From contig JBNRSN020000002.1 in the NCBI GenBank assembly GCA_051313645.2, forward strand, positions 319,734,001 to 319,798,000: a stretch of DNA of 64,000 bases, written 5' to 3'. Of the stretch, positions 1 to 10,942 are shown one piece after another. The notes under the pieces are model-generated. The model was not told the DNA's origin. It did not search any database and saw only the letters and a list, made by a program, of their open reading frames with translations. Within the stretch, counting starts at the first letter, position 1, and every line of letters begins with the position of its first letter. Position numbers and translations under genes: made by a program. The stretch is from Centroscyllium fabricii. Its lineage: Eukaryota.

Positions 1-239
1 GTACAAGGAATCTAACCTGGTGATAATGCTGTCCACTTACAGAATACACAAAATCCACAAAAAAAAAAAAAAATACACCAAATACACAATTTTACAAAAT
101 TACCAGTTATAATAGAGTCGAGGGTGGGGTGGGGGGGGGGGGGTGAATTGCAAATATACAAGTTTACAAGATTTACAGAGTAATTAGCATATCTACAATA
201 GTACTGAATAAATGTAGTAGTTAAAGCACGTATCAGATG

Positions 240-1149
240 TAAACTCTGGTTAGAGGGGGGCAATCACAATTTCCTATGGTGAGGGGTCCGGTAAGGAGGG
301 AAAGGGGTGGGAAGGCTGCTACGGACCAGATGGATGGTTTGTAAGGACCAGGGCATGGGGGAAGAAACTGTTTTGATGACGGGTGTTATTGGTTCTGATA
401 GCTCTGAACCGTCTACCAGAGGGGAGCTTTTGAAAGAGGTGATGACCGGGGTGAGAGGGGTCAGCGATGATCTTACCTGCATGCTTCCTTACCCGGGAGT
501 CATGCAGGTCCTCAATGGAGGGCAAATGGCAGCCGATAACCCTTTCTGCAGACCGGACAATGCGCTGCAGTTTGTTCTTAGAGCGAGCAGACGCAGTCCC
601 AAACCAAACAGTAATGGAGGAGGTGAGGATGGACTCTACAATGGCCGTGTAGAATGTGACCAGTATTGGTTTGGAGAGGTTAAGTTTCTTAAGCTGGCGC
701 AGGAAATACATCTGCTGATGTGCCTTTTTTGTGATAATGGTGATGTTATCATCCCACTTCAGGTTATGCGAGATAGTGGTCCCCAGGAATTTAAATATTT
801 CAGCCATACTAACGGTTGAACCATTTATTTCCAGGGGGAATGATGGTGGGGGGGGGGTTTCCTAAAGTCTATTACCATTTGAACAGTTTAAAGTGAATTC
901 AGTTCCAAGCAGTTTTGACTATACCAGGACACCAGTTGGTCCACCTCCCTCCGGAACATAGATTCATCCCTGTTGGAGATGAGTCCAACTAGTGGGTGTC
1001 ATCTGCGAACTTGATTATTTTAACAGATGGTTCTAAGGAGGAGCAGTCATTAGTGTAAAGTGAGTAGGGCAGAGGTGAGAGCGCACATCCCTGCGGAGCT
1101 CCAGTGCTGATGGACAGGGAGTCCGAGAGGTGTTTGCCCAGCCGCACAT
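240..1149 (-). mobile_element. 3' fragment of a Rex1/Babar-type non-LTR retrotransposon (RT C-terminus, degraded)
   Basis: ORF 319-807(-) FKFLGTTIS..W....KKAHQQMYFLRQLKK..FYTAIVESILTSSITVW..DPSHPGH..SFFP mirrors the C-terminus of the intact ORF at 53582-56578. A frameshifted KFADD remnant lies near 1000 (tgtcatctgcgaactt). Confidence 0.85.
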
Positions 1150-1152
1150 GAT

Positions 1153-1735
1153 GGCCCAGAAATTCCGGTCAGTGCATATCGGGTTTAAGCTCTGGTGCGA
1201 GCGCACCAGAGCTTAAACCCGCAGGAAGCAGCCAGAGCGCACGTTTTGGGACATCCTGTGCCGCCCAGCGGGGGGGGTCCCTGCTTCCTGCTTCCTGCGA
1301 GGTCCACCGCAGGAAGCTGCGAACTACGGGAGCGCCCAGACTTCCTGATGTTTTTAAAAACTTTTTCTACGGACCAAGAGAAGAGAATTCAATGCTGGAA
1401 AAAAGCAGTCGTTAACACCCGTTTTCATCTGGTTAGTGTGTATTTTATTGATTTTAATTTTAGTTTTTTTCAGGTTTTTAATTGTTGATAACTTTAAAGA
1501 CAGGTAAGTATTTTTTTAGACCTGTTGGAAGTGAAAAAAAAATTCTGCAAATTTTTATTTTTTCTTTAAAATTGGTTATTTGTGTTAGTTGGGGTAATGT
1601 TTAAAAAATGTGGTGTTTGTAAAATTTTATTTTTGTGTTTAGATGTCTTTTGAGAATCTCTCCATTCAAAACTCGCACAGATTACTCTGTGGAAGTTTTG
1701 AACGGAGAATTGCTTCCACTGATTGGCTCCCTGCT
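1153..1735. mobile_element. Harbinger-type MITE (left part), same family as 38919-39683
   Basis: Starts with TIR GGCCCAGAAATT and aligns colinearly with 38919-39490 (palindrome, AT-rich core, CAGGTAAGTA, CTGATTGGCTCCC). Right TIR not seen. Confidence 0.8.
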
Positions 1736-1847
1736 TGTTCTTAACAATGACAGGCAGAGCAAGCATTCAGAAGCAGGAAAGAGGCTCCAGCAGCGATATT
1801 TAAAGGGACCATCAGCAATCAGTTTCACCTGACATGGTTATGCAGTT

Positions 1848-2517
1848 CACGGCCGGTGCTCACGATGTGGTCTCCTCTACATTGGGGAGACCAAATGCAG
1901 ATTGGGTGACCGCTTTGCGGAACACCTCCGTTCAGTCCGTAAGATTGACCCCGAGCTTCCGGTCACCTGCCACTTTAATTCTCCACTCCACTCCCACTCA
2001 GACCTCACCATCCTCGGCCTCTTATACTGTTCCAATGAAGCTCAACGTAATCTCGAGGAACAGCACCTCATCTTTCAATTAGGTACTTTACAGCATTCTG
2101 GACTCAACATAGAGTTCAACAATTTCAGACCATAACCTCTGCCCCTATCGTTTTTATTCCATTTACTTTATTTTATTTTATTTATTTTCTCCCTCCCACC
2201 TGGCAGCTGTCTTTCATTCTGCCAGTGCCATTTACACTTCATCTAGTCATCTTTTGTTTCTTAACTGTCCCATTACCACCTCATTTTGGCATCTCTTAAT
2301 GTCTCTTAATCTACCTTCCATCCTATCACAGACCTTCCCTTTTGTTCTTTCCTCCCCTCCTCGCATTCCCTGCTCCTACACTTGCTTAAAATCTGTTACA
2401 TCTCCAACTTTTTCCAGTTCTGATGAAGGATCATCGACCTGAAATGTTAATTCTGTTTCTCTCTCCATAGATGCTGCCTGACTTGCTAAGTATTTCCAGC
2501 ATTTTCTGTTTTTATTT
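1848..2517 (+). mobile_element. 5'-truncated Penelope-like retroelement (GIY-YIG endonuclease C-terminus plus pLTR)
   Basis: Translates to LYIGETKCRLGDRFAEHLRSV..HFN....H...E..LIFQLGTL..GLN (GIY-YIG tail typical of PLEs). Flanked by a 14-bp direct repeat ATGGTTATGCAGTT (1834-1847 / 2518-2531). Confidence 0.85.
2416..2452 (+). ncRNA. Minimal (helix-III-less) hammerhead ribozyme motif in Penelope pLTR, partly decayed
   Basis: agtt-CTGATGA-aggatc.atc.gacct-GAAA-tg-TT-aatt: core boxes, stem II and stem I present; cg>tg change in the palindromic loop. Confidence 0.65.
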
Positions 2518-2674
2518 ATGGTTATGCAGTTTGACTGACTCTGTGCTACTTTCTGCAACTCCAACAGCTTTATTAACTTCTTTCAAGGTTCTAAGGTAAC
2601 AGGGAGTGTTGTTGCAAGTGCAGAACACCATCACTATTTTTAAAGGCTTCTGCTCACAACATTTGCTCACAGTC

Positions 2675-3360
2675 ATGGGGGCTGTACTGGCAGTCGCCCT
2701 CGAGCTCCAGGATCTTTGGCAGAGGGAGGGGAGGCAGTGAGGAAGATGGGAACATGAATGCAGAGGGAGGAGGAGAAGGGTCATGGGGGCTCTTAACAGG
2801 AGGCCTAACCCACCTGTGGTCTTCTGACAGCACTTCTCCTACCTCCACTTAAGCGAGGAGCAGTGTCTTAGGAGGCTCCACTTCACCAAGGAGTTGGTTA
2901 CCGAACTCTGCCTCCTCCTGCAACCAAACCTGCAGCTTGAGAGCAGGGCGACCACGACTCTCAGTGGCAGTCAAGGTCACCGTGTCCCTCAATTTCCTTG
3001 CCAGTAGATTCTTCCAGTCTGCAGCAGGTCATATAGCTATCATCTCGCAGTTCGCTGTCCATCACTGCATCTGAGAGGTCACTGAGGCTCTCTACACCAG
3101 CAGAAGTTATTACGTTGGCTTCTCTCTCAGCGGAGAGAAGCAGGATGAGCGTGCATGTGACTTTGTCAGGATAGCAGGCTCTCCATGGTGCAGGTCACCA
3201 TCGACTGCACGCACGTGACTTTGTGGGCACCATATAACAATCCTGAGATCTTCTGTAACCACAAGGCTACCACTCACTTAATGTGCAGTTGGTGTGCCAC
3301 CACAGACAGCAAATCCTCGATGTGAATGCCTGCTATCCTGGCAGCAGTCATGATGCCTTC
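2675..3360 (+). pseudogene. PIF/Harbinger (HARBI1-like) transposase, 5' part, frameshifted
   Basis: MGAV start; LSEEQCLRRL.FTKE, VAVKVTVSLNF, IDCTHV, SLNVQLVC, YPGSSHDAF motifs across frames. Interrupted by CR1 at 3361. Confidence 0.85.
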
Positions 3361-6290
3361 ATAAGAACATAAGAAATAGGAGCACTTGGCCCCTCGAGCC
3401 TGCCCCGCCAATCAATAAGATCATGGCTGATCTAGGGCTCAAAGCCACTTCCCAGCCCACTCCCCACAACCCTTCACTCCCCTATCTTGCAAACATTTGT
3501 CTATCTCCACTTTAAATGTATTTAATGACCCAGCCTTCACAGCTCTCTGCGGCAGAGAATTCCACAAATTTATGACCCTCTGAGAGAAGGAGTTCCTTCT
3601 CATCTCATTTCTAGAAGGGCGACTCTTTATTCTGAGACTGTGCCCCCGAGTTCTAGATTTTCCCATGAGGGACAAAATTTGTCATATGTAGTATCAAGTG
3701 CGAACGTGCGAGGTTATACACTTTGGCAGGAAAAATAAAAAAGCAAACTATTATTTAAATGGAGAGAGATTACAAAATGCTACAGTTCAGAGGGACCTGG
3801 GGGTCCTTGTGCATGAAACACAAAAAGTTACAGCAAGCAGGTACAGCAAGTAATCAAAAAGGCAAATGGAATTTTGGCATTTATTTCAAGGGGTTTGGAC
3901 TATAAAAGGAAAGAAGTCCTGCTGCAACTGTACAGGGCATTGGTGTGACCACACCTTGAGTACTGCGTACAGTTTTGGTCTCCTTATTTAAGGAAGGATA
4001 TACTTGCATTGGAGGCAGTTCAGAGGTGATTCACTAGGTTAATTCCAGAGCTAAGGGGTTTGACTTATGAGGAAAGGTTGAGCAGGCTGGGCCTATACTC
4101 ACTAGAATTTAGAAGAATGAGAGGTGATCTTATCAAAACAGGTAAGATACTGAGGGGGCTTGATAGGGTAGATGCAGAGAGGGCAAGGCCCGTCAGCTCC
4201 CAACGCAGGAAGACCTTGCACTGACGATTTCCTGTCAGAACGGGTGATTTTTAGAGAGTGATTCCGTGTGCAACTGGCTCACAAGCTGCCCACGAAAAAA
4301 CCAGTAGTAAGAGGGAGAAGATTTAGTTATTGAAGCAGGTAAGTTAATTTTTTAACTTTGATTTTAATTTTTTACAGTTTTTGGGAGTAGTGTGGCCAGA
4401 TCGGTAGCATTAAATTTTTAAGTTAAAGTTTTTCAAAAAATTTTACAAATCCGATTTTAAGTTAATTTACCTGTTTCAAATCGCTAATTTTTAAAGTTAC
4501 ATTTCTGAAATTTTTAACTCTCTAGCTATAAAAAATCTAAGAGGAAAAAATGGCAGACTTACCTTCCGTTTCTTCCTCTGAGAAGCTGCTGTGCCCCCGC
4601 GCTACTCCCCGCCAATCTGTTAGTGCAGCTCCGCACTTCCCTGCTCTCACAAAGGTCTGACACGGGATCTGTTTATTTAAATTAGGGATCTGGGGGGCAT
4701 TTTTTATTTAAATTTGGGATCTGTGGGCGGGGCTTACACTGCGCACCTAGCGTGGCTGGACTGCCACGCAGCGCAGGAACGGGGAGGAACGGGGAGGAAA
4801 TTAATGTTCACAATTCTGAAAAATGTTGGTGCGTGTGATTAGGAGTCCCCAGGGTCCTAGCGCACGCACTAACCGGCACACAGGAAAACAGGGCCCATGA
4901 TTTTCTAAATGCCCTGCTACTGCTTCCTTAATGAAGGACTCCAGCATTTTCCCAACTACAGATATTAGGCTAATAGGTCTATAGTTTCCTGCTTTCTGTC
5001 TCCCTCCTTTCTTAAATAGGGATGTTACATTAGCGGTTTTCCAATCTGCTGGGACCTCTCCAGAGTCCAGGGAATTTTGGTATATTGCAACCAATGCATC
5101 CACTATCTCTGCAGACACTTCTTTTAAGGCCCTAGGATGCAAGCCATCTGGTCCAGGGGACTTGTCGGTTTTTAGTCCCATTATTTTACCGAGTACTATT
5201 TCCTTAGTGATAGTAATTGTCTTTAGTTCCCCACTCCCTGTGGCCCCTTGATTATCCATTATTGAAATATTGTTAGTGTCTTCTACAGTGACGATAGATG
5301 CAAAATATTTGTTCAGAGTCGCTGCCATTTCCCCGTTCCCCATTATTAATTCCCCAGTCTCATCCTCTAAGGGACCAACATTTACTTTAGTTACCCTCTT
5401 CCTTTTTATATACCTGTAGAAGCTCTTACTTTCTGTTTTAATGTTCCTTGCCAGTTTACTCTCATAATTCATCTTCTCTCTCTATTATTTTTTTAGTCAT
5501 CCTTTGCTGTTTTTTAAAAAGTTCCCAATCGTTTGGTCTCCCATCAATCTTGGCAACATTGTGTGCCTTCATTTTCAATTTAATACCATCCTTTACTTCC
5601 TTGGTTAGCCACGGATGGTGTTCCCTTCTCTTAAAATCGTTCTCACTGTAATATATTTTTGCTGAGAGTTATGAAATATCTCCTTAAATGTCTGCCACTG
5701 CATTTCAACTTTCTTACCCTTTAATTTGTTTTTCCAGTCCAATTTAGCCAGTTCTGCCCTCATGCCATTATAATTGCCTTTGTTTAAGATCAGGACATTG
5801 GTTTGGGATACAACATTCTCACCCTCCAACTGAATTTGAAATTCAACCATGCTATGATCACTCTTTCCTAGAGGCTCCTTTGCTGTGAGATTATTTATTA
5901 ATTCTGTCTCATTGCATAGTATCAGATCCAAGATAGCCTGCTCCCTGGTTGGTACCATTACATACTATTCTAGGAAACCATCCCGGATGCACTCTAGGAA
6001 CTCTTGCTCCAGGTTACCAAGGGACAATTTGATTTGTTCAATCAATATGGAGATTCACCCATGATTATTACCAAATCTTTTTTTACAGACCACCCTTATT
6101 TGTTGATTTATACTCTGTCCAATAGCATTGCTACTGTTCGGGGGCCTGTAGGCTATGCCCACTAGAGACTTTTCCTCCTTATTATTTTCTATCTCCACCC
6201 AAACCGATTCTACATCTTGATCTTCTCACCACTGCACTGATCCAATCTTTTACCAACAAAACCACCCCAACTCCTTTTCCTTTCTTTCTA
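3361..6290 (-). mobile_element. Rearranged CR1 LINE: 3' tail 3361-3675(-), inverted RT segment ~3690-4182(+), APE/RT part 4897-6290(-)
   Basis: Tail (ATAAGAAC)n on + strand; ORFs 3439-3675, 4801-5472 (KSPGPDGLHP, NYRPISL) and 5605-5958 (LDLIL, SDH). Confidence 0.9.
4183..4896. mobile_element. Harbinger-type MITE (one end visible)
   Basis: Ends in GGAAAACAGGGCCC abutting CR1; GC-rich ends and AT-rich core with CAGGTAAGT and ACTTACCT. Confidence 0.6.
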
Positions 6291-6295
6291 TCCTG

Positions 6296-6737
6296 TGTCA
6301 GTCAGGTGTGCCAGCAATCTTCCAGCCCCCATATCTAATTCAAGCGTGACTTCCCAGACACAAGGGCTATCCACTGTCCACCTGGTTCATGACTCCCATC
6401 GCAACCCCAACACTCGTGCCCAGCACTCATATAATGAGAGCCTTGTTTCCACCAGGAACATCATTGAGCAGACCATCGTGTTACTGAAGCAACGGTTTCA
6501 CTGCCTTGACAGCTCGGGAGGAGCCCTCCAGTACTCAGTGGAGTGGGTGTCCCATTTCACAACTTGAGGGCCCAGCCCTTGCCACCAAGGATTGTGGGAT
6601 CACCTTAGGTGGAGGACGAAGGAGAGGAAGACGAGGAGGAGGAGCAAACGGAAGAGGAGGAAGGGAGGAGACAGGCAGCCAATTGTCCTCCTGGACAGAC
6701 TGTCCGTGAACAGCTCATCAGACTTCGATTCGAATAA
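6296..6737 (+). pseudogene. PIF/Harbinger transposase, 3' part (continuation of 2675-3360)
   Basis: KGYP-like remnant, then [36 protein letters not shown] and an acidic tail, parallel to 34462-34998. Confidence 0.85.
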
Positions 6738-6919
6738 CTGAAACCCCAGATCCCCGTTTGTCACCACATCCCAATCATACCATCACTCTGTCATGGAATA
6801 TCATAGCATCCTCCTGGGCACAAAGCTGAAATGAGAGACACCACAAAAGATTCCAAATAAAATGAATACATTTATCACAAATCAATTCACACATATTTAC
6901 ATGAACAATATTAACTAAT

Positions 6920-9176
6920 CACCCTTGTGCAATCCCTTAATGCCTGTCTTGCATGTGGCTTTTCCTAATCTAGTGCTCCTATGAAGTGCTCCCCCACTGG
7001 CTGCAGCATGGCTGGTGGAAGGCTGCTGAGTTTCTGAGCGGGAGACTTCAGATGGCCTTGCAGGAAGACCTCGAGCAACTCTGGCCTGAGAAGACAGCAT
7101 CACCTCAGCATGGTCGGCAGCAGTCTGGGCTGGCTGGCTGACATCGGCAAGCACAATGGCGAAGTGGCAGAGGTGGGAACAGGTATACTGTCATCTTGAG
7201 AAAGGACAGCAGGGTCTTGCTCTACTGACCCACTGCCACTCCCATGCGTCAGTGCCTAGCATTGCTAGCAATCTGTTGGAGCACAGATTGCTGGCCTGCT
7301 GCGACACCCTGCAAGCCCCGGTCGACAGTGGTAAACCCAGACACGATGACAGCAGTCAGACCTTGGGTGGCTACATGCTGAGACTGCGTGAGAGCAGTCT
7401 GTGTTTCAATGGCACCAAACAGAGACTGAATGAGAGAAGTCTGAGCTTCTGCTGCAGCAGTAAGACGTTGGGTCGCTTCCACCTGTGCTGCAATGGAAGC
7501 TGCGACATCAGCCATCATGTGCACCACCATGTCTGGGTCTACACAGTCTCTTTGGGAGTGTACCATCATTTCTAGCATGGAAATCCTGGGCTCCATGCTC
7601 TGTGCAGAGCCCAGTGCAATGTTGGAGGCGGACGTCTCCATGTTCCTTGATATTGCCGAGAGGCTGTCTGGCAGCCTTGCCATTGCACTCATCAATTCTG
7701 TGTTCATGCCCATCACCCATCTTCTGAAGGCCTCTCCCTCAAAGTCCTCATCTGAGTCCTGTGGAGCAGAGCTCGCGTGCAAACTTGCCCTCTGGGGAAC
7801 TGACCCCCGAACTACCCTTTCCCCGTGGCCTTGCTGCAGCTCATTCACTTCCATTGTCTCACCTTCTGCAGGTCCTGCTTGATGTGCCATCAATAATTCC
7901 CAAAAGACTGAGAGTTAAACTTATAACAAGTAGGCTTTTATTAACAAAAGAATACGAGCATGCCTCTCCTTAAAGCCAGGGGGACTGGAAGTCAATCACC
8001 TTTATACCTGGGCTTAGGGGTGGAGCCAGGGGCGGAGCCAGCTGAGGCATGCCCAGACATGTTCTGTACAGGCAGATTAGTGGTTTACCACACCGCTTCT
8101 ACACTGGCCTTTAAAATTCACATAGTGCCAGTTTCTGAGCTGTTGTCTGCGAGTGAGAGATGCAGTGACGCGATGTCTTCTCCCAGCTCTTCTTCTGCCC
8201 CTTGCTCTCTGTAGTGACCTCGGGGACAGGCTGTTTGGGTGCTTGCTGATTATCTGAAAGTAGGAAAGCAAAAGAGCTGGGTTATGGGGACGTGGCTAGG
8301 GGGGGTGGGGGGGGGGGGTTGCGGGAGGAGGGTGTGGTGGTGGGGTGTGGTGAGGAAAGCCAGAAATGCAGTCATACAGCATGAGTAACTTGCAAGTGAG
8401 AAAATATTGTGTGCTGGGGGGTGGTGGGGGGGGGGGGGGGGGGGGGAAGTGGGATGTGAGAAGAACGAATAGGAATGAACATATCGTTGTTGTCTCCAAG
8501 AGTTTGAACTTCGCCGGTTGCCACGGACTCTACCACGTGTTGCCCAATTAACTGGAGTGTTCGCTCCTCCAGCTGGCTGAAGTCCTGCATGTTAGCCTGG
8601 CACCCCGCCTGTCTGCTGCTGCTCCCGGTGATTGTGTGCCAGCTTGGCCTGCAAGAGAAAGAGAAGTGAGTGTGTGAGTGTAGTGCAATGTGTTTGGGTG
8701 ATGTGCCTGCCATAGTTAAATAGCTGTCAGTGTGTGCAAGGCGTGAAATGTGGGTGTGAGTGTTGCAGCAGTGATAGGGTTGTAAGGGTGAAGTGAAGCT
8801 ATGATTGTGAGGAGTGAATGGTGATAGGTCGAGATTGTTGGTAAGTGAGTGCTGGGGATGTGGTGTATTGAGCAGTGTGTGAGGCTTGTGGTGCAGTTGG
8901 TGGTATGTGACATTTGCTGAAGCCTCCACTCACCTTGACCACCTGTGTGAGGTCATTAAACTTCTTCCTGCAATGGATGGCAGTCCTGGGTGCCACAGTG
9001 CTGGCCATCACATGGTCTGCAATCTCTTGCCACATCGGTCGGGGTGTATAGGGTGAGGGCTTCCTGCCACTTTGCGGGTAGAGGACAGCCCGCCTCCTCA
9101 CCACGGTGACTACCGGTGCCTCCAGAGCTTCATTAGAGAACCTGCGGGCTTTCTCCCTGGTGCATCGATCTGCCAT
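6920..9176 (-). pseudogene. Harbinger ORF2: spliced MADF/Myb-SANT-like DNA-binding protein gene (degraded)
   Basis: Exon 1 RFSNEALE..LYP...W.EIA....PRT..CRKKFNDL followed by GTGAGT; further exons ~8650-8480 and ~8255-6920; convergent with the transposase. TIR-like end AATTTTTAGCCC at 9519-9530. Confidence 0.8.
7880..8092 (-). mobile_element. Solo LTR (213 bp) related to LTRs at 22475 and 63497
   Basis: Minus strand reads TGTGGTAAACC...TATAAA...AATAAAAGCC...GGCACATCA; 5-bp TSD CTGCT/CCGCT; interrupts the Harbinger ORF2 exon. Confidence 0.85.
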
Positions 9177-10566
9177 CTCGATGTGTACTGATCACTTGCT
9201 TGTCCTTGAGCTTCTTCTTCTTCTGGTTGTTGGGGCAGCTGCAAACCCAACTGTCCTGGCAATGAGGTGCTGCAGCATCAATACATCTCCCCTTTAAGTA
9301 GTGGAAAAAGCCTGTGGCAAGCATTACCGTAAATTAGACTGGCCCCGATATTGGTCCACCTGTTGAGCGTTAAGCCAATGAGCATTAGTTTTAGCACTGA
9401 AATCATGACTATAATCAATGAAGAGTGAGCACGAATTTTGCATGCTACCTAGATCATTTTCAGGTGGCACAGCTTAACCGCGTTTGGCCTTAATGCTGCC
9501 CATTTCGGGGCTATATCCAATTTTTAGCCCTAAAGATTTGACTACATTGTCAATTACAGTTGAATGTCTCATATAATTTCAGGATATTGTCTGTCAGCTA
9601 CCTGCTTAGTAAACAGCACTGGTTCCTGTGTTGTCAATATGTCCTCTCAACTGTTAGTCAAATAATGTTTATTGTCTTTGCCCATCATTCATTTGCACAG
9701 TGTATTATCTAGGTCTCTCTTTCTCTCCCTCCCTCCCCCTCGCTAATCCCTGTTAGGTTCTTGATCAGTCAGTCAGTAAGTTATTGATCTGTTTGTAATT
9801 TTTAGTGAAATAGTAGATTTGAATATGAAGTGGGTCATTTCTTTATAATCATATCTATCTTTCTGGTAGAAATAACAGAGGAAAACATATTTCATAGTTA
9901 TTTGATCAGTCTACCTCTTCATTTATCTGTCTGGGTGCTGTTTTGCAACAGGTACAAGTTTCACACCAGGAGCTGTACATAGCTGGCAATGATGAGTTAT
10001 ACTATCAGCTGCACATTGTTCACTGGCCAGACAAAATGGAATGTCACATGCATATGCTTAGCTGTGCTCACTGGCATCCAATTCTTGATTAAAATGTTTA
10101 ATGTTAGCGTAGAGAGAATGTGATAGTTGGCTCTTTACCAACATCAAAAAAATAAATAAAATGCAGTTCAATAAGTTAGACTTGTGTCAGTTGCAATTAC
10201 ATTGCATCCCGTGTGAAGCCTCTTTGAGATGATCTCACATGGTTTGTTAACATTTGATCGTGGCAACTTCACTCCTTAGTTGTGCTGCATTATTTTTGTT
10301 GAAGCACAGCTGAAACTGCTTGATGTTAGAACAAAATGGTAAAGTATGACTGACCAATTCATCTGCCTGTAAATAATTTTATCTTTGGACTGATCGGCTG
10401 CAGTGCATTCAGCTGAGTAAAGCATTGAACCAGTGTGTATCTGTGTGTTTTTAAAAGAAAAAGCTATTGATTTTGAACTTTACAATATGAAGAGAAACAT
10501 GACCCTAGCAATTACTGTTGGTAGCAATAGTGGCTAATTGTGTGACATCCCTCTATTTGATATTTT

Positions 10567-10942
10567 AATGCAAGAAGTCACACAACACCAGGTTATAGTC
10601 CAACAGTTTTATTTTAAATCACAAGCTTCACAGACAGCAGACTGTAACGTTTGACCCTTTGTGACTGCACCCTTTGATCTCAGGCTGACTGATATGTTAG
10701 AACACCTTTGATTGCTTTGATGCCCCTCAGCTGAGGTGTGATGTGAAACAGCTGGAGAGACCACATTGTTCTCTCTCTCTCTATATATGCTATGTTTAAA
10801 TGAATCTCGACACTTCGCCTGAGGAAGGAGCAGCACTCTGAAAGCTTGTGATTTAAAATAAAACTGTTGGACTATAACCTGGTGTTGTGTGACTTCTTGC
10901 ATTTGTCCACCCCAGTCCAACACCGGCACCTCCACATCATGG
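10567..10942 (+). mobile_element. Non-autonomous Penelope-like element with inverted pLTR, 3' tail and hammerhead
   Basis: ~60-bp inverted repeat 10567-10628 / 10842-10903, then a ~39-nt unpaired tail. Flanking direct repeat TATTTTAATGCA (10561-10572 / 10943-10954). Second copy at 21856-22187. Confidence 0.75.
10815..10851 (+). ncRNA. Minimal hammerhead ribozyme motif
   Basis: tcgc-CTGAGGA-aggag.cagca.ctct-GAAA-gc-TT-gtga. Confidence 0.7.

Noticed and set aside
3676-4182. Twin-priming 5' inversion of CR1
   Set aside because: The inverted piece is internal, with a deletion and a MITE at one breakpoint; a post-insertion rearrangement is equally likely.
8298-8450. Functional G-quadruplex tracts
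   Set aside because: They lie in a Harbinger ORF2 intron; homopolymer G runs are common here and error-prone.
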